Assembly: GCA_964187785.1 (NCBI GenBank)
Contig: OZ076409.1
Location: forward strand, 28,460,001-28,524,000
Source of the DNA: Amphiscolops sp. MND2022
Taxonomy: Eukaryota
Length of the DNA stretch: 64,000 nt
Reading direction: 5' to 3'
The notes under the pieces were generated by a model that was not told the DNA's origin, searched no databases, and worked only from the letters and a program-made list of their open reading frames with translations. How positions within the stretch are numbered: the stretch's first letter is position 1; every line of letters begins with the position of its first letter. Position numbers and translations under genes: made by a program. Below, piece by piece: positions 38,601 through 49,200 of this stretch.

Positions 38601-40019
38601 ATTCGCCTTCTTCAACTTCGCATGCTCTTCGTCATTCGGAGGACACATGTTCTTCTCAAATAGCCATTCGGGCGATACTATAACTGCCGATTCCCAGATA
38701 CGTCGGGAGTCCTTGGTGACCAATGTGCCCTTTGTGTTTTGCATGGGACTCAGGTACGTCGGCTGTTTCGTAAAGGTCCTCTTAGTTGGGTGTTGAATCG
38801 CCTGTTTGCGGAGTGGGGTTCCAGTTGGACCACTGTTGGTCACTTTCAACCCTGGGTAATCACCCATTATGTCCTTGACAGTTCGCTGGGATACAGGGGT
38901 GCCTTGATAACCCACAGTTTGCTCCGATTGTGGCTGTCCTGATGTGGAGGGCTTAGGAGTCGCTCGTTGAGCCAGCGACTCGCGTGTTGTAGACTGCGTG
39001 GATGGTGGTTGCGGCAGTCCTTGTTGTTCGCCTGTTACGTCCGGTTGTGATTGGGGTGAGGGAAGCACGCATGCTTCCGACACTTTTGACTTCGTTTGGT
39101 CTGGCGCTTTGGAGGTTGTGGCCTTCTCGTTGGAAATCTTTTTGTCGGGTGGTGGCTTGCTCGAGGGGCTGTCACGGGCAGTCAATGGTTGTTGAGTCTT
39201 TTTTGTTGGAGAAGGGTCGTTGCGCTTTCTGGAGGCAGGGCGGCTCTCTCCTCCCCCCTTTTGAGAAGAGCGGGAAGGCGAACGACTGCGTTCCACAGTC
39301 ACGGTGCGAGAGTGTCCTGGCTGTTCAGACTGAGGATTGATGTGGGGAATAGTGATGACACCTTGACGTGTTTCAGTTGAAGTCGCATTGTCGTTGCGAA
39401 TAGTGACAGTGGGCAGAGCAATTCGACGTAGTTCTGGCCAACACTGCTCCATGGATCGCATGAAATCATCGTAATTGGGATTGGCAGCCACTGCTTGCAG
39501 CGCTGAGATGACTGCTTGCTCCGCCATAGATTGATTGGGCAAGCCAGGCACTATAGGAGCAGGAGTGCGCGCACGCACTACTGCTTGTGGTGTTGGTGCA
39601 GGAGGTGGCGGTGGAGGTGGAGGCGGGCAAGAAGGGATCTGTAAAGGTCTAGTCTGGTGGACTCCGCCATTCGCAGGACTATACGAGATTGCCGCACGAT
39701 CATCTGTGAAGTGATGCGTGAGATCATGGCCGTGCCACACTCCATCTTGGTACGTCATGGATCGTTGGAATCCAGGAAACCCTGAAGTAATTGATATCGT
39801 CAGCATTGGGGCTTGCAATTGTGATTCCATTTGGGCAATGATTGCTGTTACCCCGGCAACTGCAGCTGGCGACAGACCTTGGTCGAGTCTGTCTCGAATA
39901 AAGGCAATTTGTGGGGTGCGTTGGACACGCGCAGTGTCATAGACGCGTTGCCCCAAGGCAGGAGAGTTATCTGTAGACCTTGGCGGGACGTTGTTGCTTC
40001 TATCATTATCTTGGTTCAT
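35652..40019 (-). CDS. ORF2 of element B, 1455 aa: disordered N-terminus, SGNH/GDSL-hydrolase-like domain, unknown helical C-terminal region
   Basis: Intact ORF starting 223 bp downstream of the gag-pol stop. FALLIDSTFL, RVIISNVFDH, ALFVTPPG and NDFRPSWLSY fall in SGNH block I/III/V order and spacing. Confidence 0.8.
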   Translation of the reverse strand: MNQDNDRSNNVPPRSTDNSPALGQRVYDTARVQRTPQIAFIRDRLDQGLSPAAVAGVTAIIAQMESQLQAPMLTISITSGFPGFQRSMTYQDGVWHGHDLTHHFTDDRAAISYSPANGGVHQTRPLQIPSCPPPPPPPPPAPTPQAVVRARTPAPIVPGLPNQSMAEQAVISALQAVAANPNYDDFMRSMEQCWPELRRIALPTVTIRNDNATSTETRQGVITIPHINPQSEQPGHSRTVTVERSRSPSRSSQKGGGESRPASRKRNDPSPTKKTQQPLTARDSPSSKPPPDKKISNEKATTSKAPDQTKSKVSEACVLPSPQSQPDVTGEQQGLPQPPSTQSTTRESLAQRATPKPSTSGQPQSEQTVGYQGTPVSQRTVKDIMGDYPGLKVTNSGPTGTPLRKQAIQHPTKRTFTKQPTYLSPMQNTKGTLVTKDSRRIWESAVIVSPEWLFEKNMCPPNDEEHAKLKKANVPVFMNRPIRPDHTPTNEPPWLGKAMNMLPNVEDNYLDALNIDLRGQFADRYFLNAGETFEINPRYARDLEAQLPMPKERLQRARFALLIDSTFLKNVPIDNVLSDVMVFTLPLSRIPEMAEVLVTMFDPEMTGTFKEPPPRRVIISNVFDHMACEGLMAQIANVEIMNPSPAQRTTVRNAALNMARAMEKAQNILKDKLKVPALFVTPPGFCQWPPALQRFVYMVTEVCKCREIDFAICAPNMRISSNDFRPSWLSYMGYIASVSKVLQSVEKTGNAQLTIDDAIYFDHGTRMGLLVFNKDGERRVPEPSTAECEAIRLNNWIERARSSGGKTCIKTDLAEVTATMSKVPSDREVERAIPRVQFAKDLTIDQLSVGMKYIAAKLTSETQAEIQAFSSTYDAWYQRLQTTTVADIAKELGMSTDQFAICLGLGWSPDVIRVEFDLEESWLIEISEIIGTVQVDELFALMLTFGQKRFVAGPMMILTDLVTECNLEWLFSYLVIARGNISGLTALAKLLQRKDAQDYPAHLERMTTSLYHWIYCSLVFASGLFVGVDKHQPLYDGRQLVTEVAGFLTPNQLADFTLAEVEDLIPVLAPVLTPIFGPTGILRYPTKPLRLASETLTVSILTYLKNVKPHNYQQMLERGLFLLVPRMYTTIKNETQQDENLAGILKARTKKACPLPREYGPVNWYNSPLDHLGIPQRFNWSFAHLRKYVTECVQTMGGHTNQEYNFQMIKLPARYWRGPIGYIRAKPISMVEKGFDEQYAYRDHYKLGVWMSRTLEERQGRLKGLIIPPLTMPVWNPEARVTMGSDMPAETCYHVMELLSDPLGPEWEASRQIIEHANRDNWSRACGLWGRPDLRPKLSAKQKRPIATRNRPLDLPHLFNASRLDVQIPISTSTTSSVNVSGSANAAQEHSPEASTPVAAENGPSGSNTAPRTHETASAEPKPVLRGGNTRRGSLSELQPKADVSPRARHSSATQ

Positions 40020-40242
40020 GCCGACAATTCTGAAAGAGCGTAGGTCGATTGTAGCACACTTGATAGTAGGGCAACACCATAGGTCATTTTAAGGGTAATA
40101 CCAGGGAAAGTAATAGAATGTCACGCATTAACATTAAAGAAAAAGGTAATGTAATAGTCTCAAATAAACTCCGTGTCGACTCACTAAACTTAATCGAGCG
40201 GATAAAAAACAAAAAACAAAAAAAAGCGGAAAAACGAGAGCT

Positions 40243-43200
40243 TTATGGAAAGCTAGCGACGCTTGCAATAGATACGTAAACGCGATCGTGAAGAACGACG
40301 GTCAGGGGGGTGTCGGCGAATACGTCCATCAAACAGGTATAAAAATCAAAAAGATTACGTATTGGGCGTTCAGGATCAACGATGGCAAAGTGTACTTCTA
40401 TCGCCTCCAAGCGCTCGAGTAACGTTTTCAAATGATCAAGACATCCAAAGAGAATATCAGCGAGCATAGGGCAGCGAGGTGTAGCTCGTGTGATTAGAAG
40501 GTGGATAGTCTGAGGATGGCCGTCTATCAAAGATGTGGGTAGCGTTACAATATTGCCAACCTCCGGTCGAAGTTGAAAGATTGCATCTGCACCATGCTCA
40601 CGAATGACGTAACGAAGAGCGGCAGAACTAGTTTCCAGATTTGCGGGACAACATAAAACGATATGATGGGGAGTCTGCAGGAAGTCCGTATTGGCATACT
40701 GCACATAGTCAACCAATTGAGGTCTCACGGCTCCATGGTACACTAACTCTTGTCCGGGGTCTTTGGAGAGAGCATCGTCACATGCATTCGGGAGGAGGCC
40801 TTTGATTGCGCCCAAATCTTGCCACACAGATCGCGGCAGTGATTGATTATCAATATGAGCCCTGGACCATGTATCCAGTGCGTGCAGGGCCGATTGGAGC
40901 GATACAGGACTAGGAAATGAGTGTGTCCATTCGTCCAGGAATCTGATTCGTGAAAAATTCGATAAAACTGCTATAATAAGTTCCAGCCACCATTCAAACT
41001 TAATTTTACCACGATATAGGTCTATGGTGTGGAAACAAGTGATTCTATCAGGAGAGGCCATCGTCCGCAAACTCTCCAGACAGGTGTTCAAGTTAGTGGG
41101 ATAAACCAGGTCGGATGCTTGTTTGGCCGTAACTAGTAGCCCCCAGTTGCTTGTAGGCTGATAGACGTCTCCTGGTTTTGCGGTGACGTTGTATTTGTCA
41201 TACAAGAGGTCAGCAGGAATACAGCGTATCATTTGGATAGGCTCTCGCTCATAGTTGAAAGGACCAAAAGCAATATATGTAGGCAAAGGGGGAACAGTGA
41301 TGGGTAAAGTGAACTCCAAACCAACAAGATCATAGGTCCACTCCTTGAACCTTGGGCACGGGGCCTTTGCTATCGTAGAATCTTTCATTTTGGATAGGAT
41401 ATAGTCCACGGGATATGGAGTGTCACTGCGTTGTAGCCCAGTGTAGGTTTTCTCGGCTCGAATAACCAAACGGTCAACCATTCCGCTCGGAAGTGATTTC
41501 TCCTGTTCACGTGCTAGCAGGACTCCCTGGGATTTGATTGGGAAGCCCGCGTGGACCATGTAGTTACATTCGCAGTTTCTTAGGCCACATGTTCCGCAAC
41601 GATATCTGGGAATACGATTGCGTCGCAGTCCATAACGAGCGTTGGTCGATTCTGGCGGTGCTGCCTGATCTGAGGTAACCGCCGCGCTAGGGGCAGAAGA
41701 GTCAGTGTCCATTGATGGAGTGTTACGAACACGGGTAGGGGTGTTAGGTCTGGCGTGCGTTGTACGAGGAGGTCTACCTCTGGGACGGCCTCTTTTGCGA
41801 GCGCCTCTAATAGCACCTCTCCGTTGGTGACCACGTGGCAGCGAGGCTCGCGGCCTTGCTCTGCCCGGCGGACGTCCTCGGGGTCCACGCCCTCTAGGAG
41901 CATTGAGGAGTTTCGTGGTAGTAGCTGCATCGTTGTTGGTGGGAACTGTTGCAGGGGGAATTGATCCCTTTTCGTTATTGGTCGTTGGTGTGTCAGCACC
42001 GTTGTCGTCTAGGGTTGGGTTGAGAACATTGTCATCGATTAGGGGCCAAATGGGAAAGTTACTCAACATATCCGTAAGAGATGGATTTGTCAATAATGGG
42101 GCGGATGTACCGGTCAAGGAGGTGGCGGCACTTTCGGTGGGTACGTGGATATTAGGATTCGGGGCGATGTCTAATGCGTCGGGTACTGCTTCATTCTCTG
42201 AAAATAGAGCCTCCATAGCAGGTAGTGGTGATATTGGCATTTCGGGAATAGGCGCAGGCTCATCTACTTGTGATGACAAGATAACACTTTCGTCAGGACT
42301 AGCCTGAACACTCGATAGGAGTACATCAGAACGTTCATCGTCAGACTCTGTCGAAGAGTAGCCAAATTGTTGATAATGCAGGCGGCTGCCACCTGCGCGC
42401 ATGTGTGTGCGTAACCGTGTGTCCATCCAATGTCTTTGTCGAGAAGGCAAAGAGGCATTGCTGGCTTCTGAAATTGGTTCCTCTGCACGGTAAGAAGGTT
42501 GCGAAGCGTCGTCTCTCACCTCCTCATGGGATTGTTCTGGATCAGGGTCCATGATAATAGCAACCTCGCCGTTATGCGCAGGAACAGCTGCCCATTCTGT
42601 TGGACCACCATGATGCGGTTTCAATCGTTCGAAATGCACTTTCTGCCCAGTGTCAAGTATGTAAACACGTCCCTCTTGTAGCACTCGTGCTACTTTGTGA
42701 GGACCACGCCACGCTCTCATCAATTTAGGGGATCCCTTTTGAGGAATGTATCGGCAGAATACCCAAACAGGTTCGCCCACTTCGTAGGCCTTAGCACGAA
42801 TTGCTCTGTCGTACTTCAATTTTTGTCGTTGTTGGGCTTGATGCGTGTTGCGACGGACTAAGTCATGAATCTCTTGTTGTCGAGCCAGCACATGTTCCAC
42901 ATAGGCTTCGTGTGATTCGAATGACTGAGTTGCAAATTCCGGATACAAAAAAGTCAGGGGTATAGCTTTTTCCATGCCTCTGGTTAGCATATACGGGGAA
43001 AATCCAGTAGTGGCATGACGTGTGGAGTTGTATGCACCCATAACTTCATCTAGGTACTGATCCCAGTCACGCATTCGTCTAGAGCAGAATACACGCAGTA
43101 GGGTGAGTAGCGTTCGGTTTTGTCGTTCTACCAACCCTTGAGTCCTGGGGTGGCCAGCAGTTGAGGTTACTTTGGTCACTTGGGCTGCTTTCATAAACTC

Positions 43201-46200
43201 AGCAGATATTGCCGCGGTGAAATTGGGAGCATTGTCTGACTGCATCCTCGTTGGCGTTCCATGGCGGGCAAACCACTTCTGCAACAACAACTTTGAAGTG
43301 GTCGCTGCATCATACTCATCGTGGTTACACGGCACAGCTTCTGCGAGCTTAGAGAAATGATCGATAATAACCAATATCCCTGTGTTACCATCATCAGAGG
43401 GACAAATTTTCATGTGGTCATATTGGACTAGCTCGTTGAAATAACCGCTTTGGATATTTTTCAAGTGAAAACGTACATCACCAGGCTTGTCGCGTACTTG
43501 TTGACAAGTGATACATTGGCTGACGTATTGTCCAATGGTGCGGTGGATACCTGGCCAAGTGTGGCGCTCTTGAATTCTGGCCAAGACTTTCGCGATGCCC
43601 TGATGTCCCATCGCGTCGTGGGCCTTGAATAGTATCTCATGCTGATACAATTGTGGCATCACTATCATGCAGGGGCGTTCATGCAGAGCTCTTTGAGTTT
43701 TGGAGTATTTTACACACAAAATCCCGTTGGCGTTTATCAGTAGAAGGTTCTTCTTCTGTTTGTGGTAGTTTTTGGCGAAGGTGCGCACATTTTCCGGAAA
43801 GACGTCATTATCTATTGATTCTTGCATTACCAATTTCTTGATAGCCAATATATGGACGTCACGGTTTTGTGCTAGTAGTAGATCCTTCAATCCATGGACT
43901 GTGTTAGCATGTTCATGCAGTTCCATTGATATGCTGTTTACCACAAACGCGGCTTGTTTTACGTGCTCTGGTGCAGTGCTAGTTGCTTGCTTTTCCGTTA
44001 GTGGGTAAGTGGTTCTTGATGGTACGTTGGCAGCATGCGTGGGGAGTAGATAGTCTCGTTGATATTCCTCGGTCAGTTCTAACCAATCCTCAGGATATTC
44101 TGGATAAAGTTCGGCAGGCAGTGTCAATTCTGGTTTTGGCAACGTAGGTAGAGGCGCTCTCATGGCTTCCTCGCGTATGGTTGCATTTCGTTTGCTTCCT
44201 CCGCTCTTTCGCGTGGGAGCGGCAACTGTGGTCTCGGGTGAACTTTGGCTACCCAATCTTTGCAAGTGTGCAGGCAATTCTGGGTGATTTGGTATCACAC
44301 GTCCGTGGACATCGAACCATGGGGCTAGCGGGAGTTTGTTATATTCTTCCTGTGATAGGAAATCCCATTTGTCTGCAATTGCGGGTAAACCCTTTAGTTG
44401 CTTTTCGTGTTTTTTGTAATCATTTGTTCGTTTGCTAAGACCGTCAGCATTTCGATGTTGCGTTCTGGGTCGATGCTCAATGCTGAAGTGATATTTTTCA
44501 AGAGCCATAATCCATCGACCGATAATCGCCTGATCCATCGAATATGTTTTTAGCCAGGATAGAGCCTGATTATCTACTCTCAATGTGAACTTTCGTGGAC
44601 AGAGATAACTGTGGTTTTTCAAAATGAAATAGTATGCAGCATACATTTCCAATTTTGGGGCTCCATACTTTGCTTGCGTAGCGGTTAATTTTTTGCTTCC
44701 GAATACAATCGGTCGCAATTTGCGACTTTCAGGTGGTCCTTGCCATTGGTGCAGAATACCCGATATAGCTACACCACTAGCATCTGTGTCGAGAACAAAT
44801 TCGCCTTCAGTGTCAGGTTGCGCCAGGGCGGTGGCTTCCATTAGTGCCACTTTGATGCTGTTGAAGGCTCGCTGCTGCTCCTCCCCCCATAAAAATGAAG
44901 AGGCTCCTCCCGTTATCGCGTGTAAAGGGGCAACTAGTTTTGCATGCCACGGGATAAAATCTCGATAGTAGTTGGCAAAACCCAAGAAACTTTGCAATTC
45001 AGTCTTGGTTCGCGGGATATCCCATTCTTTCAGCTTGATGACAGCTTTTGGATCTGGCTTGATACCATCTGCGGATACTACCCGGCCCAAATATTTGATC
45101 TCCGATTTCATGAAGTCACACTTGGAGACTCTCATTTTGAACCCGGCCTCACGCAGGCATTGGAATACTTCGCGTAGTCTATCCATGTGATCCTCGATGG
45201 TCTCGGTAGCAATCACAATGTCATCGATGTAGGCCATAACCATACTTCCTTCACGGTTCACTATTCTTTGTAGCGCTCGCGCTATTGCCCGTTGAAATGT
45301 CGCTGATGCGTTACACATACCAAAAGGCATACGCCGCCACTCAAATAACCCAAGTTCACAAGCGAAGGCAGTCTTTTGACGATCGGCTTTTCGGACAGGA
45401 ATTTGCCAGAATGCCCATGCCAAGTCAATACTAGTATAGATTTTGGCTTTGCCCAATCTGGATAGACTTTCATCGATACGTGGCAAGGGATAAGCGTCTT
45501 GGATGGTCACTTCATTAAGTGGTCGAAAGTCACAACAGAATCGCAACTCACCACTCTTCTTTTTGACCATGACAATTCCACTCGCCCAAGGGGATAGAGA
45601 AGGTTGTATCATTCCCAAAGCTAGCAGGTCACGGACTTCTTGGTTAGCACGTTCTGCCTTGTCAGGCGACAATCGTCTTGCACCTTCACGGTGGGGTACA
45701 GCCCCTGGCTCTACTTCCACCGGGTGCTTAGCGATTTTACACTTGCCAATATCGGCTTTGAATTTCATAAACAAATCATCAAATTCATTCAAAAGTTTAC
45801 TAAGCGTGTCGCTGGCGGTCGATCCCCACAAACCGCGCACTTCGTCGAGTTGTGCTTCCGGGCCCGGTATCGGAGCCATTAACGCCGGATCGGTTCGTTT
45901 TTTTACTTCGCGCTCGGACAAGCCTAGTTCTGACGGTTCGGTAGAGGACAAAAACTCAAATTCAGATGAAGAACTATATTCAGAAGAAGAATCAAGGTTC
46001 ATCTGTTCGTAAACTTTACAAACATAATTTGCATTTGACTGCTGAGTTTCACTTGATTGTCCGGGGACAATCTGGGGGATGGCTTTATGAACCATTGTTA
46101 CGGGTACCGCGGTTCCTAAAAGGGTGCCCTTTTTAATCCGCTGCACGTTGCTGGTAAGATTTCCTAAACTGACGTAAAGGAAGCCAGTCTCCCCCACGGT

Positions 46201-49200
46201 CGCCACGGTGTCCTCTAAAAAGATGGCGTTTTTTAACATTCGGTTAGATGTTTGGAAATTGATTAGCACGGTTCGAAATATGAAAGGTTCTAAGTTGTCT
46301 ACAAGCAATTTAGCGCGTAGTATTGCGCGTTCAAAAGGTTGCAACACTACGTCCTGTGCAATCGCCACCGATGAATTGAGTGATTCGTTACTTACTTGTG
46401 TGTGGGCATGGTACCACACTGGCTCAGACGGAGCTCGGACAATGACTTTCATCGCGGTTAAATCCACCAAGACTTGATAAGCTCTTAGGAAGTTTCTGCC
46501 CAGGAGGAAGTCTTCCACTCCCATGGCGTCATCGACTACCACGAAGTTAGTTTCCAGTTCGTAGCCTCCCAATTGGAACTTGACTTTCTCCGCTAGACCA
46601 AAAGTTTTGATCGTTTTCCCATTCGCGGCATACAAGTCAATACCATAAGGTCGTAGGAGTGTCCCAGTACGCACAGCGACTCGATTGTAGGCTGAGAAGG
46701 TGAGGATGGACACTCCTGATCCAGTGTCTATCAGACCACGTAATGGCACGGGAGCAGCATCGGGAACCATGAATGAAACTACGAGCGACGCACGCTCATC
46801 GATTCTCGCTTCACCAGTTGGTTCTTGAGCATCAATGTTATAGCAGCGCAGCTCCTGCGGTCCTAAGCAGATTCCAGGAGGAAATGCGTCAGTAATGATA
46901 GTGGCACCAAAACGCATGTCAACACCATCTATGCAAACTTTGACTGGAATCGGAGAATAGGCATGATACGTCGAAGTGACACCTTTTACCTGCCATTCTT
47001 CCGGTTGGGGCAGGGTCAATTGTCGGCAATTCTCGTTTGCGGCTATCTCGTCTATCAGGGCGTCTATGGTGAGTTCTGGGCGGGTTTCCTTCTCAATCGC
47101 CAGTAGTAATCGGACAGACATGATAGTGCGTCCCGAGGGATCAAAAGTAGTTGGCTCCGGGTTCGTCTGGATTTGAATCTTGCCACATGTGACGGTAAGG
47201 GGCGTTGCCACGTGAGCGGCTTCAGCAGGACGAAGCATGAGTACCATTTCACTGTCACTCATTGTTTGAGGAGCAGGTGGCTGTTCAGCCCAGAGGCTGT
47301 AGGCCAAATCCTCATGTACTGGAACATTTTGGCATTGTGATGCAGAGTGTTCAGTCATGCCACAATTTACACAGAATACGGGGCCAGAACATGCAGAGGC
47401 CACATTATTCTCACATAAGTTTACTCGCTCTTCAGGTGCAGCGCGAGCCGCTGGTTTCCTTGCTAGGTCTCGACTTGGGCATTCCCTTGCAAAGTGACCT
47501 GGTAGTCCACAGTTGAAGCATGCTCCTTGGGGAATCACTCTCGCTGGTTGCTGTTGTGCAGGAGCCTGTTTTACTGATGCAGGGGCTGGTGGAGCCATTT
47601 GGGGTTTAGCCTCTCGTTGTCCTTGGTTAGGAGGTAGTACGTTTTGCGGTAGGCCTGGTGCTGGATGAACCAATTTCCCTGGCACGAAAGGGTGAGGCCT
47701 CGATCTCATTGCATACCTTGGGTCGTAAGGTTTTGACGTGCTTGGGCGATGCCGTTGCAATTGTCTCGTGGTGAACCTTAGGGATTCTACAGTTGGTGGC
47801 TCGGTCAGATATGCCTCTGCAGCGTATACCACGGCCAACTCTTGTCGCAGCGTCGGATCATTGACGCCATCTATAAAACGTTGCAGGATCTCATAACGAC
47901 GTGTAGTGATAGGCTCATCTGGGAAACCTTGGGTGCGCAGACCTTCTAATGCGTCCAGGAATTGCATCCAATCTTCTTTTTCCTGTTGGACACGAGACAT
48001 GAAGGTTTGCCTTACGTGCATGCGATTCCCACCGGTTCCAAATCTGCTGGCCAAGAGAGAGAATACCTTGTCGGGCTCGTCTCGTTCAGGTTCAGATTTG
48101 TTGATAATATAATTTCTCGCCTCTCCTTCCAGGTGGTCGATGATAGCCCAGGCTCTGTCGATTTTTGGGGATTTTGCATGCACCCTTTCTAGAAATCGCT
48201 TCATCACTGGGAGCCATCCATCGACAGAACCATCTTTAGTGCCTTTGTATACCGTAGGGCGCACCCTAGTTTGATCTCGATTAGCAATCAGCGGTGCTAG
48301 TTCCTTGGACATGGCTTTAGATATTGCCTCGGTAAACCTGAGTTGCTCTGGTGATATAGGCGCTTCTTCGCTGATAGCTGGTGGCGGGATGCTGCTGCCT
48401 CGCGTTGAGTTGACAGAGTCATCGGTGTTCTCGGGGAGAGTCACTTCTCGGCGTCGAGTGCTGCTAGCGCATGGGTTGCCCGAGGGTAATTCGTCGTTCG
48501 CGGTTTGGAATTCTGCAGCTGATTCTCCCAAAGTTGCATTTGCTGTTTGGAAGGTGCTAGTGACTTCGGTTAGCATGTTTGTGCGTGTGGGCTCTCGCAG
48601 GTCGCTGATACCCATGCTTGAAGTGTCGATAGTTATCACCTCGCATGTTGGTTCTTTCTTGTGAGTTTTGGTTGTGGGTGGAATATTTTTTGTTGATACC
48701 GCAGATGGGACAAATTTCGTCGATGTTGACGCAGCTTCTCCATTTGAGACCAGAGTTTGTGGCAAGGGCGCGTACCTGGCCAAGTGTTGTTTAGAGCCAG
48801 ATGGGTTTGTTGAAATCGTCACACTCTCTTTTGGCTTGAGGGAGACGCTCTTCATGGGTTTTGGCAGTGACATATCAGTGTCTTGCAGCAATTCTTTGAT
48901 AGTGTTGCTTACTGGTGCGGGTTGAGGTTGGATGTTTTTCAACATAGTGCCCATTGCTTGTATTTGTGAACATACCTCTTGCAGTTGAGCTTCCATGCGC
49001 ACCTCTCTTTCGGTCACCATGTCCTTTATTTCGGCCATTCGATAACCCATGGCATCCATTCGGGCTGCCTGAATTTCATGTCCTTGCGCTTGTCGCTCAG
49101 TCGATGTTCGCAGTTCAGTTTGTACGGCTTCTATCTCCTCCATTATTGACTGATGCTCTCTGTCGCACCTTGCTTTACGCTCAGATAGTTGTGAAGCAGC

